From Lama guanicoe (Eukaryota): a DNA stretch of 64,000 nt. Where the stretch lies: assembly GCA_013239625.1 (NCBI GenBank), contig MU056000.1:496001-560000 (forward strand), given 5' to 3'. The translations under genes and the position numbers were made by a program. A model generated the notes under the pieces. That model saw only the letters and a list, made by a program, of their open reading frames with translations. It did no database searches and had not been told where the DNA came from. This document shows, in pieces, positions 22,481 through 35,839 of the stretch; the stretch's first letter is position 1; every line of letters starts with the position of its first letter.

Positions 22481-24230
22481 GAAGTCTGCCCCAGAGAGAG
22501 TTCGGCCTCGGCTGCTTTCCTCGTGAACACTTTCAAACTGGAGGACGCAGACCTGGGAGGCCACCGCGCTGCCCTCACCCGCCTTCCCCACCCCCGGGGC
22601 CTGGCCCAGGCGGGAACGGCCGTGTGCGGGGTCACGGCCTCCCTGCAGCCCCAGCAAGGCCACGACGAGCTGGCCGGGGCCCCTGGAGACCCACCCACTC
22701 CTGGCGCCGCGCTTCCTGCGCTGCAGTGGTTTTGGCCGGAGTAAGCGGAGCCTGTGGCCCAGCTTCTGCAGTCCCACCCCGAGCGGTCACGCTGCGAGTC
22801 TGCGCCAGCCCCACCCCAGCGGCCCTTCCCTTGGACCAGGGCTCCTGGACCAATGGGCTCTGCCCTAATGCTGAAGGGCCTGCATCTCTGGGTGAAGACA
22901 GCCCAACCCTGCGGCCACACAGGGTCCCTCGACCCCATGGCTGCCCCGGCGAGGTAGGCTATTAGACTGTGTCCACGTGCACACACTCACGCGCGCTCGC
23001 TCGCTCACTCACACAGGGACTCCTGCCTGCAGCCACCTGCACGGCTGGTGCCGTCTCACAGCCAAGCATCGCGTGTCCTCACCAGCGTCTCAGTCGGGAC
23101 AGTGTCTGACACAGGCAGACATCACGGGACCATAGTCTCACGTATGTGCCCTCACAGAACTCGCCTCTCACCCTCCACGGCGCCCAAAGGGACCTGCATG
23201 AACCACGAAGCCCCCGGCAGAGCGGCATCAGCTCCAGCAGTGGGGGTCGTTCAGCCCACGGGACGTCCGCACAGGACGCGCTGTGGCAGGGACCCCGCTT
23301 CAGCTGCTTCGCACCGGGTACTCCCCGGGAGTGGAGCAGCATTTGCTGAATTTGCCTCTGGTCCTGTTTTCATGACTTAGTGTCAGTTCTACCAAGATGG
23401 CCCTGAGCCCGGCTGCGAGGACCCCGGCCCCAGATCTGTCTGGAGAAGCGTCCAGGCGGGCAGGGAGCGGGGACTCTGGGGAAGACGAGTCTCCAGTGCC
23501 CGCTCCACCACACCGGAGACGCCGCAGGGGAGACCCCAGGAGCCAGGGCGGCCATGGCACAGGGTCACCCTCCCTCCCTCAGGGCCGCCACCCTGGAACC
23601 TGCAGATACAGTCAGGGCAGTGCCCTCCCCTCTTGGGAGTTGTACCTCCCTCCCTCCCGGCTTCCAGGCCTTCCACAGCGGGACCCGTCTTCCCTGACGT
23701 CCACGTGCCACCTGGCAAACGCTGGTGGAGGGGACAGAAGGACAGTCAGGGACGGGGTCCAGGAGCCTGGGCCTTGCACGAGCTCCCCCCACCGTGGGCA
23801 CAGCGGGCTTGGAGCAGACTCGCAGGGCCGCGGGCGTCTGCGAGGGGCCGGAGACGGCTGGGCCTGGGTCACCTGGGCAGGCGACGTCGCCCGCCTCCGG
23901 GCAGGGTGGCGGTGGGGGGGTGATGTCACCGCAAGTGCCTCCGTTTCCTGAGACACACACAGGCCACACCTGTGACTCTGGGTTGGCCGAGGAGGCTTCT
24001 AGGAGCAAAACACCATCTCCTGAGCACTAATGAAAACAGGAAGAGAAACACCAGTCTAAACGATTCAAAGGAATGCGGGCTGAGACAGAATGTCTGGGGC
24101 CGCAGTGACGTCAAGGCATCCGGCCAGCTCAGCCCCTGTGGACAGAACTCGGGGACCAGGGACTCCATTTGTGCCTTAACTGACCTAATGTACTGGTGCC
24201 ATGGAGACCCTGCAAAGAGTGACTTCCTCG

Positions 24231-24325
24231 GGGGAGGGTGCAGCCCAAGAGGCAGAGGCGCGAGGCAGAGGTCCTGGGTTCGATCCCCGGTACCGCCCCT
24301 GAAAATAAACCTGCTCACCCCCTCA
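24231..24325 (+). mobile_element. Degenerate, shortened Vic-1-like SINE
   Basis: GGGGAGGGTGCAGCCCAAGAGGCAGAG...GAGGTCCTGGGTTCGATCCCCGGTACC (intact B box)...AAAATAAACCTGCTCACCCCC. Confidence 0.7.
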
Positions 24326-27300
24326 ACCAGAGTGAAAAGGAACTGATAACACGGTAACGCATACACATGGAGAGAGGGGCTTCTGACGGGACTTTCAGGA
24401 GAGAGCGGGTCCCCAGGGAGGCCTGCGGTGGGCTCCTCCCCGGAGCTCGGCGCCTCGGGCTCGGGTCTGCGCGGACGGATGCGGGAAGGCGCTCTGGGAG
24501 CCCTCAGCCTGGGAGGCGCAGCCCCCTGGGCCGCCCACATTGCTGAAAGAAACGCAGCATCTACGTGCACGCTTTAAAGGGCCTTCGTGCCTTCCCGAGT
24601 CACCACGAGCTCGCGTCCCGCGGTGGCGGGTCCCTGCGACAAACACTGAGAGGAGCCTGTGTGTTTGGACGCGAGCTGAGGACGGGCCCTCATCGTCTTC
24701 ACAGACGGGCTTTCGGTTAACCCTCCTCCTGTCTCCTGTTTCCAAAGGCGTTTGGGGAGGCAAGTGTGTTGGCAGCAAGGCCCTGAGCCGAACTTGCCAG
24801 AAAAGGGGGTTTTTCCCAAAAGTCAGGTTCCCTAAAGCAGACGTTCGTTCGAGTGCCGCCTGGTCGGACGCCGGGAAGCGCGTGAGCGCGGCCCGGCCTC
24901 CGGACGGCGGCTCCCCGCGTCTGCGGGCGCCCTGCGCGTGTCTCCCCGGAACACCGAGGACAGGCCGTCCCTCTGGGCCCGAGGCTGTGTCGAGCCTGTG
25001 GGGCGGAGTGGGCAGGACCGGCCCTCATTCCAAAGTGTTTCGCAAGCCTCTTCCTCAAGATTAGACCCTGGGCCACTGGTAGGGTTTCAAATCTGAACTG
25101 GAAACAGATTTGTTGTTTCTGCTTTGATGAAGTTCTGCTGTTTTGTGGGGCTTTGGGGTTTATTCATTGTCCTCAAATTGCATTAATTATTTTTGAGCTC
25201 TGTGCTTCTGTCCTTGCCTTTAAGGCTTTGCAAAGGGCCCGACATACCCGTAGAGTCAGACAACTCAGAGGAGCGGGTCCAACAGTCACTTTCAATTGGC
25301 AACAGAATGTGGTGTCAGCTTTTGACAAACTCGCACGCTATGGTTTAGAGCTAATTTAACCTCCCCTTGAAGCTGGAGTTCAAAGCCTCGCTCACGCTTG
25401 ACGTGGCATTTTCCGAGGAGAATGTCTGATTCCTAGTTTGAGACAAGAGCCTGGGTCTTGAGCGAGGCCCCGTGTTACTTCCATATGAAGGGGCAGAACT
25501 GGAAGGACGGGGCTTCGGACTCCCGGCAGGGCCGGCCCTGGTTTTCCAAGACCAGTGACAGCTGTCTTTGGTTTGTGTCCTCTCCGACTGCCACCTGGCC
25601 GGGGGCGTGTGCAGAGCACGCCCCTCACCCGGGTCACAGGGTGGCCATAATGGCAGCCCCCCACCCCAGCGGGGCCGGGTCGGAGCCCAGTCCCCCCGCC
25701 GCCCTCACTGCGGACGCCTCCCGGGCCTGCACAGAGCAGCCCTCTCGCCCGCTCACTCCTCTGTCTGGCTCCTTTCTTTGCTCCTCTCTCAGCGGTTCCT
25801 GGGGCGCCTGCTTGGGGGTGCTTCTTCCAGGCCCTGAGGGCCCAGCAGGCAGATAAAGGCCCTGCCCTCAAGAGTGGCCGTCCTCCGGGGGACACAGTGA
25901 GCGCAGACCGCGTCCTGGGTGCTGGCCGAGGCCCACGTGGGCTGGAGGAGGGGAGCAGGGGGTGATCCCCCCATGCAGACCCCAGGACATACAGGACGCA
26001 TCCGGGAGGCGGCCCCAGAAGCAGCAGGGGTCTGGGTGTCCCAGCAAGGACAGGAGGGGGTCTTCATCGTCTCTGCCCTGGGGCCGCTGACCTGCACTGT
26101 GGGGCCACGCTGCCCTGGGCTGGGGCACAGCTGTCTGGCGATGCTGAGCATGTCTACGTGTGCAGCGTCTGTGCAGCGGCCGGGAAAGCAGGGCCAGGGG
26201 AGGGGGTGCATCCGCATTACAGCCCCTGAGCAGAAACCGAAGGCCTGTGGGACCCGGCCCGTGGGCTTCTTGGGCAGAGAAGCCCTGTCCTGAGCAGGAC
26301 CAGCTGGGTGGGCTGGAGGGAGCTGGGGCGGGTGGGCGGCGAGCCAGGGCTGCGAGCCCAGGCTCCAGCTCTTACTGGGAGCGGGGAGGAGCCTCGGGGT
26401 TTGGTCGGGGGTGTCTGGGCCTGGCTCTCAGTTTCAAGGCCCCTTGGTTCCTGTGGAAGACACCCTGTGTGGGGGCGTAAGAGCCCAGGGCAGCTGTCGG
26501 GGCCTGGAGGGGGCTGCAGTGAGGGGCCCGGGCCCGGCGGGCTTCGAAGGCAGAGCTGAGAGGACTGTCGACAGCTTGGACGGAGCGTGAGGGGACGGCC
26601 AGGACGAATCCCAGGACGTCGTCTGGAGGGGGAGGCTGCTGCCGCGGGCAGGGAGACGCGGTGGTGGACGTGCTGGGGGGACACCAGGGCGGGTGTCCTG
26701 GGAACTCACGTCTGTGGTCCCAGCAAGAGGAGCCAGGGGTGTCACGTGACCTGTGGGCCAGGAGGATGGCACCTGTCCCTGGACCCACCCCCCACAACCC
26801 CAGAGCAAAGGCCTGGGCATGTGGGCGCTGCGGCTGGGGACAAGGAGTAGCGGTCAGCAAGGAGGAGGGGAGCGAGAAGAGGGGCGTCCAGCCAGCCCGG
26901 GGGCCCGCACCCATCAGCCCCTCAGGTCTTCAGAGACTTCCAATGTGTCAGGATGCGTCCTGGCGCCTCTCGGTCGTCCGCTCGCTCCGCCCTCCCCTGC
27001 CCCGTCCTTGTGTCTGCCTGCGCTCGCGCGGACAGACACACTCAGCCTGGGCCGACCCTGGTCTGCCCGTCCCGGCCCCCTGTCGACAGCACTGGAGTTT
27101 TACCCTGTGTACGTGTGTGTGTGTTTCTTTTCTTGGCCTTAGTGTTTTCTTAAGACAACAACAAACTTTATCAAGATACAGCTTAAGTCTTTCTTTTCTC
27201 TCTTCATATGTCACACCTTTTCTGGGGTTTGTTCCTTTTTATTCTGAGGTTTTCGTTGTGGGTTTTGGGGGCAAATCTTTTGAAACCTTGTAAGAGCAGT

Positions 27301-27589
27301 TCGCTCTTTCAGCCGCTGTGCACCCGCTAGCTCTGCTTTCTCCTTGTTGCTTCTTTTCCCTGCTGGCGATGTCTTCCCTTAATCTGAAGGGCGGCTGCCG
27401 TGTTTATTTCAACTACCTTGTCTCCGCTAACACCTCTGCCTCAGGTGCTACAAGTGCCCTAGCTTGTGGCTTTTTCTTTGGTGATTTTTAAACTTTCTGG
27501 CGTTTAGATTCCTTGACTCAGAGCTTGCCTCCCCCGAGAAGTGAAATAAGCAGGCTCTGGAGGGAAACATGCCATCGAAAGCCTCAGTC

Positions 27590-30060
27590 TCCACGCACGG
27601 CATCCAGAACGCACTCAGAATTTCCAAGGACGAAGTGGCCGAGCACCAAGAAACAAAGAGGCCGTGTAAACAGAGTCAGACGTGAGCAGACATCGAGCTC
27701 CCCAGGCATGGGTGTTAAATGAACTGTTCTCAGGCCTTCTCTGCCAGTTTTTAACAATTAAATTAACTGGTAATATGTACACAGAAATGTGACAAGATGG
27801 ACAATTCCACAGGAGAACTAAAAAGATTCTTTAACTCAGTGGAAACACTAGAACTAAAATCTGCGTCAACTGAGGCTAAGCCCTTGACGGATGGGTTTGG
27901 GGACGGGTCAGGGCGCAGAGCAGAGGCCACGGGACCAGCAGAGTCAGCAGAAAACACCGCGAACAGCGGGGTGAGCGCTGAAAGGACGGAAACGGGGTAC
28001 CTGCACAGAGGGCGCAGGAGACACGGTGCGAAGCTGTGGCACAAGGGAGCCCCAGAGAGGAGAGCGTGAGGGGCGAGCAGTGCTGGGGGAAGCACTTGCC
28101 GAGAAGCTTCCCAAGCCAGGAAAGGGCATCAGACTGTCTGTTCGTGAAAATCTACAAACGTGAAGCAAAACAGACACAAAGGAAACGGCACCTGGGCGCA
28201 CCGGCGCCCAAGGGTCGAAAATAAAAGCTGAGGAAAATCGTGAACTACGTGACATGCAGCTGACTTCCCCGCAGAAATGATGGGAGCTGGGAGACAACTG
28301 AAGGATCTTTTTTTTTTCCATTGTTTGGGGGGTTGGTCATTAATTTTATTCATCTACTTATTTAATGGAGGTAGCAGGACTTGATGGCAGGACCTCCTGC
28401 ATGCCAGGCATGCACTCCACCACTGAGCTATACCCCCCACCCCAGTGGATTTATTTAAAATCCTGGGGAAATAACAGCTCACCTAGAATTCTCTGTCCAG
28501 TTAAAGTGCTTTTGGAAAGTAAACATGAAGTCAGGTTGTATTCAAATGAACAAAAAAGTGGGAGCATTTGTCAACAGCGATTTTCACCAAAATAAATGTG
28601 AGAGAAAACTTTTCAGGCAGAAGATAAATCTTGGTTTTTTAAAGCAAGAAAATGAGGAAACTGGGGGAAGAAAAATAGACAGGGAAAAGTGAGTGGAGAA
28701 ACCCAGATGGCTACTGACTGCAGCAGCAACAATAACGCCTCTTACAGAACTCACTGCACCTGAAGCCGGGCTGCAGAGCCACGGCACAGGCCGGTGGGCT
28801 CGAGGGCTGACGCCTGCTTGCCTTACCCCACCTGCGAGTGAGCACTGACGCTCCTGTACCAAAGGCGCGTGTGGAGAGGTGTTAAGAGAATAACAGAAAA
28901 CAGCTTTGGGGGAAATCATAAGAGATAGCTGATGAGTCAAAGTCAAGCAGAGAGAGGTTTTAGAGGAATAGAGGAGACCACTGGAAAGCCAAGTGTAGCG
29001 TGGTAAGTTTGACACAAGTGAGCCATAAGCTACACCAGAATAATGTCCTCGTGATTTCGTTAAGTCAGTACAGTGTAGTAATTCTCTAATTAGAAGATGA
29101 AGGTTTCAGGCTGAGTTACACACAAAAATCAAACCAACGTTCCTCCAAATGACACACACATGCTCACACACAATCGTGAAAGGACGGGGAACGCTGCACC
29201 ACACAGAGACAAAACCTGGCAGAAATGCTGAGGATTTTAAAAACATGATAAATAGATTTGAGCTGAGTGACAGGCACAGACCCTGCTTCTAACAGGCGAC
29301 TGCAGTGGGCACTTTGTTACAAGTGCACAAAACTGGGACAAAAAGATACATGGGGGAAATTTCCAAATGCTTGAAAACAAAGTCGTAAACTTATAAGTGA
29401 TCCATTAGTCCAGGAGACGTCTCAGTGGAAATTAGGAAGTGCTTTGAATTGGATGATGATGAGAATATGAAGTATAAACACTTGTGTGACGTGGTTACAG
29501 CTGCACTGAGAAGAAAATGCGTGAGTTTCAGTACAAATATTAGGGGAAATACTGAATATCAAAGAGCTAAGTACTTGACTCAAGAATCTGGAAAAAGGAC
29601 AGAAAATTAAACAAGTACACTCAATAAATTAGAATGAAGTCATGATAAAATCAGTCATTAATAAACTGTAAAGCATACACGAGAAAAAAATCAATAGCCA
29701 ACGGCTATTTGTTTGAAATGGAATAATAAAAATAAAATAATAAATTCCTAGAAAGTTTGATCAAGTGGACTATCGGGAGGCACAATTAACAACGTCACAA
29801 ATGAGGCTGAGACATCACTAGGGACCCCACAGACACCCATTCATGGAAGGATACGCTGAACAATTTCTGCCAATAATGGTGACAACTTAGACGCACTGAG
29901 CAAATTCTGAAAAATGCAACTTGCCAAAACTAATACAGGAAAAAATTTAAGTCTGAATAGCCCTACTAAACACGTTCCCACAAAAACTCCACATCCAGTT
30001 GACTTTGCCAGTAAATTCTTCCAAATGTTGTGGAAGAAATGACATCGGTCCTACATACTC
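27590..30060 (+). mobile_element. Long old L1 remnant (ORF1 coiled-coil/RRM/CTD into ORF2 N-half), interrupted by a SINE
   Basis: MDNSTGELKRFFNSVETLELKSASTEAKPLTDGF resembles the ORF1 coiled coil; EIRKCFELDDDENMKYKHLCDVVTAALRRK resembles ORF2; A-rich sense strand. Confidence 0.8.
28308..28438 (-). mobile_element. Vic-1-like SINE nested in the L1 ORF1 remnant
   Basis: Reverse strand reads GGGGGTATAGCTCAGTGGTGGAGTGCATGCCTGGCATGCAGGAGGTCCTG...TACCTCCATTAAATAAG...poly-A. Confidence 0.85.
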
Positions 30061-30229
30061 TCTTCCGGGGGAGAAGAAAGGAGGTGAGGCTTCACAGCGT
30101 GATTTAAGAGAACAGAATGGCCCCAGCACCGACCTCTGTAAGCAGGTGACAGGGCGGCAGTCTCTGACACGAGCGCGGACACGGATGTGTGCGTGAACTC
30201 GGGAGGGCACAATCAACAGGGTGGAGAAA

Positions 30230-30625
30230 GACACTCGAGACTCGCAAGACAGCAAAGCATCGACGAGTAAACCAGCATAGGCCACGGGCAATCGGATACA
30301 AGCAAGACACGCTGCACGCGGGCGAGCCCTGAGGACATCATGCTGACACCGTGTGGCCACGCTGACACGAGCTGCGCAGGGCATCAGAGCCCCGGAGACA
30401 GAAGGCAGGAGGGGGTGTCGGGGCCCGCGGGAGGGGATGGGGACTTACTATGCAATGGAGTTGGGTGTCAGCTTCGCAGGCGGAGGAGAGTTATGGAGAT
30501 GGATGGTGGTGACTGTTGCCAGCATTTGGCATATACTTAATGCCACTAAACATACACTTGATGTTGTTAAGATGGTAAATTTTGTTATGTGTATTTTACC
30601 ACAATATTTTTAATCGGAAAAAATA
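30230..30625 (+). mobile_element. L1MB-like 3' end
   Basis: GGAGATGGATGGTGGTGACTGTTGC...ACTTAATGCCACTAAACATACACTT...ATGGTAAATTTTGTTATGTGTATTTTACCACAAT. Confidence 0.85.
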
Positions 30626-30699
30626 AGGGGAAATAGCTATGGAAGGAGAGGAAATACGTAAAAATCAGGCTTGATTCCTTTTCCATCTAAATCAGTGTA

Positions 30700-31130
30700 A
30701 GCCTCTGTCACATGGAAACCTTTATAGGAAAGAGTACTTTACCCAAAGGAAATTGAAGACATATAAACTTTAATTAAACTGCTTTCCATAGAAAAATTAG
30801 TGGAATTTGTCAAAGACCTGCATCTGAAAAAGGTCACCAGACCTGCTCTTTAAATGGTTTCAGAGCGAGACTAGGAATAGAAAATTCTGGATTCTCTTTA
30901 TGAATTGCTTAGAACATCAATGCCAAAACCCAGAATGCACCAAACACAAAGGAATAGGCCAACCTCGCACCATGAATGCTGATGCGGAAGTCTGTCTAAC
31001 ATCTGGGGTGACAGGATCCAACAGCACGTCGGAGAGCGACAGCTGCCGGCCAGACAGGGCTTTCTCCCCGACGACCGGACGTCGGGGCCTGTAAACGCCG
31101 CCACACGTGCTCAAGGGCTGGAACCCCGTC
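30700..31130 (+). mobile_element. Old L1 ORF2 fragment
   Basis: CCAAAACCCAGAA...CATGAATGCTGATGCGGAAGTCTGTCTAACATC...ATCCAACAGCAC resembles the [23 protein letters not shown] region. Confidence 0.55.
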
Positions 31131-32124
31131 TGGCATCTTTCAGGGACAACTTGTCTTTTTTGTAAAAATGGGGGCAGACTTGTGTTTCCTCATATGTGAC
31201 TGAGAAGGACCCCCCCCACCCAGAAGCACACGCCTGTCGCCTCTAGAAGGCGTGGGCCTGGGAGAGACCAGGGTGGGGGGGGGTTCCACTCTACACCTCT
31301 CTGTATATTTGCTAAACCACACGGACATGTTACTTACTCAAAATTGTCACCTAAACAAATAATAGCCACACCAACCTCTGCCGCCTGTGCAGCTGAGAAA
31401 GCGGAGGTTAGACGCCGACACGCTCAAGAACTGAAGTAGAAGAGGGACGTTCCTGGAAAACTAGGGGACGCCAAAATCAGTGCAAGAAGGCACAGGGAAC
31501 GGAATCACCCGGGACTCGCCGAGAGCTGGAGCCCTGCAGCCCCAGCCCACCGCCCGGATCAAGTGCCTCTTCTGTGGGACGCCGCACAGAGGCAGCGTGC
31601 TCCCGCGGGACCAGGAGGAAAGGCAGGCGGCCCCCATCCCCGCCTGGTGTCGAACGGGCTTTGCAGGGTCCTGCCCCCAAAGAGCAGGGCAAGCCGTTGG
31701 GAGTGTGTGGACGTAGAATCGTCTGCAGAGACACCTCGGGGTCAGTCGACAAGCTGGCCTCGCCCAGGCCAAAGTCAGGCTGACGGTGTGGCCCGCCACG
31801 CCAGCACCAGCCTTCCACACACGAGAGAGAGCAGGGAAAAACTGCCCGAACGGACCGGAAGAGGGGTGTCCTCGCTGACACCGCCCCCCGCGGCCAGGCG
31901 CGGCCCGAGGACGGGGAGGTGGTTTGCGTGGATGGGCAGGGAGGCCAGGCCGCGGCCCCAGGCCGGGGACCAGCCACGTGCCAGAAGGGGGGCGCTGGGC
32001 CCCGGGAGCCGTGTGCGAGCTGCTCGGCCTGTCGGTGCCCTCACAGCACCGCAAAGAGGGCCGCGGGGCGAGGTCTGCAGGGGCGCGCACGATCCTTACA
32101 GCTAACACCCCTGAGGGCAAGCTG

Positions 32125-32330
32125 TGCCTTCTTGCTCTTCCTTTCTAGGGCTTCCCTGGCTACTACTGGATTCTCTTTTCCAGATAAACTAAAGAATTAT
32201 GTTTTCACAAGTTTCCAGAAATGACCGCTGGGACTTACTTTATGGACCAGCTTGAAGGATGCTCAGCTGGACAAAGTGCTCCACCCTCTCCTGTGGCCTC
32301 GGAGCATTTGTCGTGTTTGTCTTACTGAAC
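32125..32330 (-). mobile_element. Old L1 ORF2 fragment, antisense
   Basis: CTTGCTCTTCCTTTCTAGGGCTTCCCTGGCTACTACTGG...TTTTCCAGATAAACT...CGCTGGGACTT pattern. Confidence 0.5.
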
Positions 32331-34403
32331 GGTTTATAAAGCTGGGCACCGTGAGCCTTCAGAGCCCTTATGACAGGGTCTTCGCTGCACGTCTGACAAG
32401 TCACATTCCCCCAGGACCTCATCACACACAAGCGAAGGCCTGTGCGTTTCACACTGCGAGGTGTTCGGGGCATCACATCTCTTCGAGACTCTTTGTCCAT
32501 GAGGTCCCTGGGCCAAGGGCAGGAGGGGACACCAAACTCTCGCTCAGGTTGGCTGGGCACCTGGGTGGTGGTGAGAGGGACTCAGACTCAGAAATGAGGA
32601 GCCCACACTCCCCTCTCGGGAGGCACCTGTCGGTTGCAGGGACCAGGTGTAGCTGTCGGGGCCCCAGCGTGGGGCAGAAGCACCCTCCCGGGTGGCCAGG
32701 CCGAGGCCACAGGCAAAGTTGGCTCAGCTCAGCCGCCCACTCCTGGTGGACAACGCGGACCAGGTAACAGGCTGCAGGGCCAGACGCCATGGACCCGCCG
32801 GGTCCCAGGGCCCACGGGGCCCCACGGGCGGCTCCCGGGCAGACTTCTCTCCCGCACTTGCTTATTGCTCACACAGTCATCAAAGGGCAGGCGCTGCCTC
32901 CCGCAGCGAGTGTGACAGACGCACGGCTCCGACCGTCGTCCACTTCCCCCGAATGTCTGTCTGCAAGGCGCTGGGGGCGCCTGGCCTGCACGTCTAGCCT
33001 CTGCTCTGTGTGGGTGCGGCCTCGGTGCTGCAGGGCCCCGGCCGCCCCTGAAGACGAGATGAGCTGAACAGTCCTGTTTCCTTGACGTGTTTCCTTTTCC
33101 TCTTGACTTTTGTAGGAACCGTTTCTCGTGACTGCAGTCGAGATCTAATAAACACCCTCAGCCAAGGGAAAGGCTGCTGCTCCCGTGGGGCTGCGGCTCT
33201 GGGGAGGGAGGTCGCGCCGGACGCATCTGCAGGAGCAGCGGAGTCGGGAACGTCTTCGAATAGATTCGATTGTGTCTCATTTATTTCTCTTGTGCTGCCT
33301 TGGCTGGTGAGCCTCGTCAAACGCTTTCCTGGAAAACAATGCATTCTTCTCTCCCAGAGCACTCCGGACGTCCCCGTGGCTCAGAAAGGGCCCTCTGTGG
33401 AGCCTGTGGGTGGGGGCGGGGGCGGGAGGCCCGTGGGAGGGGCAGCCGCCGGGCCCAGTCTTCCCGGGCTCTCTCACAGACCCTGCCGGCCCGTGTGTCT
33501 GGCCCTGACTCTCACTGCATGGTGGCTGGGTGGCCCGGGCCCTCGGGGCAGCCTCCAGGCCCCGGCACCTTCGGCTCTGCCCGCCTGGGTGGCTGCGGCC
33601 GGGCAGCAGGGACAGTGACCCAGAACAGAGCGCATGAGGTCTGCAGATAGTGGAGACTTTCCAGTAGCTGGTGCGAATGGTTCCCGGAGTACCCACGTGG
33701 GAGGGAACGGGAACCCTGACCCGCGCTGCTGTCAGAAACAAAAATTTACAGTGGATCACAGGCCTACATGGGGACTCGAGAAACAAACCTCTGGAGGAAA
33801 CAGGGACGTGTCCTCATGACCCGGAGGCAGACTTCTCAACCAGGGCAGAGGAGCTGTGTTCATGAAAGAAGGGAGGGGTCAACCGGGCCTCAGTAAGGTT
33901 GAGAGCGTCTGTCTGTCCATCCGAGACACCAGGGGAATGTCCAGCCCCAGCCCGGGAGACGCGGCAGGGACACGCGGGTACGACGTGGGGCAGTGCCCGG
34001 GGCCACCAGGGACGCTCGCTCCAGAGCTGGGCAGACAGATGCTGGAAACCGGGCCAAGGGCCCGAACCAGCACTTCCCAAGGGGGCTTTCCAGCAACAGG
34101 AAGGGGCTCAGTGGGCTGATACGCAGGTAGACACAGCTCAACCTGTGACAGCCGACTCTGCAGAGGCCGCGTGGCTGGGGGATCCAAGGGGCGAGGACGC
34201 AGGGCCGCAGGAGGGAGGCGGAGAGCCGCTCCAGCGGGAGGCTGCCTGGTGGCGTCTGCCCTGCTCCCTGCACGCCCTCCCCGCGGCCCTGCTCCCGCCC
34301 ACGGCTGGCAGCCTCAGCGGGGAGTTCAGAGGGCGCCCTCAGACCGGCTCGCGGGGTCTGGAAGCAGCACTGACAACAGCGCCAGCCGGAAACTGGAGCA
34401 AGA

Positions 34404-34451
34404 ATGCAGGACACATGCAGGACGCATGCAAGACGCATGCAGGACGCATGC
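34404..34451. repeat. 11-bp tandem repeat (ATGCAGGACGC) x ~4.4
   Basis: atgcaggacac atgcaggacgc atgcaagacgc atgcaggacgc atgc. Confidence 0.9.
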
Positions 34452-34999
34452 GGGGGCAGCAGCACCAAATCTGCAGGGTGCCTGGGCCCCGAGGGGTCTA
34501 GTGGGCACTGGCTGGGAGGGGCCTCCGGGGTGGCTGGCACCGTGGTCCTTTTCAGTTTAATCAAACTGCAGTTGGAGCCCCCTTGCTTCTGAACGTTTAC
34601 ACTGCAGTTTCAAAGGATAAACAGACACACATTGTTTGCCGGTCCTTCTCCGAAGTGAGTAGCACGTCCACTCCCGGAGCCAAAACCACAGGTGTGTCTG
34701 GGTGAGGCCGGTGCCCCACAGAGGGCGTGGGCTGCTCCTGGCTCCGATTCACTCCCTCGGGTTAAGAGAGATTGGGAAATAAAACACCAGGCGAAAACGT
34801 TCTCAGGGGCACACACTCAACTACCATTCCCAGATCTGGGCTTCAAGGGACGCAGGTGACCAAGTGACAGCCTGACCAGTGTGCCCAGGTGCCCCAGAGC
34901 TCCATGCAGTGTCCCCGTGTCTGTGCTGAAGGAGCCTTCCGCCGAAGGATGGCTCAGCCCACACGGCTAGCCTGCAGTGGGCCCGCACTGGCCCTCGCC

Positions 35000-35108
35000 A
35001 CTGTCTCGTCTCTCCCTCTGACTCTGTCGCTCTGTCTCTCTGTTGCTCTGTCTCTCTGTCACTCTGTCTCTGCCTCTCCCTCTGTCACTGTCTCTGACTC
35101 TGTCTCTC
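35000..35108. repeat. (CTCTGT)n-like simple repeat
   Basis: Direct reading of the pyrimidine-rich run. Confidence 0.8.
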
Positions 35109-35839
35109 CAGGACCCACCTGACCCCTGACTCGCCACAGCCACTCACACACCTTTCCGGAGACGCTGGGCAGGACTGACTGCTCCGGGATCCACAGTGCA
35201 GGTGCGGGTGAGGTGAGAACGGGGATGAGGTCCAGCAGGAGGAGCCCCACCCAGGAGAGAGAGGTCTGCTCCCGGCTGATGTCCCAGCAGAGCCCCCTCC
35301 CCAGCTCCGTGCGTCTCGGGGGCAGCGCTGGAGCTGGGGCCCGGGTCCAGTCCCCAGCGGTCAGAGAAGCAGCCCAGCGCTGGGGGTGCAGCTGCCAGAC
35401 GGCGGGGTCGACCCGGTGCCCAGCACTGATGAGGAACACCAGCCCCAACCATCGGACTTCGGCGAAGAAGTCTGGTGCTCACTCCCTTTTACCTCTGAAG
35501 CTAAATGAGCGACCAAACCGCACCCCGCCCCCGCCCAGGCCACCCAGCTCAGCTTCCCGGACTAGTCTGCAAAGAACAAGGCCCCTCCCGGCAGCTCCCT
35601 AGTGCCCCTCTCCTCGGAGCCCCCCTTTCCTCTGCCCTCCCTGCTGGGGGCTGCCCGGTAGAGCTAGTCAGTTACCTTAGAACCAAAGCGTTGAGGACTA
35701 GTTAGCCAGCTAACCAGTCCTGGGAGTGAGACTCTGCTGCCAAGGGACTCTGGTCTGCAATCAACCCTAGGCTGATTTCTTGGAGCCAACGATCCCCGGG
35801 GGAGGGGTGCTACCATCCGCCTCCCCTTAAACTTGTACT

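Noticed and set aside
25070-27500. T-rich patches at ~25070-25440 and ~27130-27500
   Set aside because: Probably very old antisense L1 debris, but too degraded to assign by eye.
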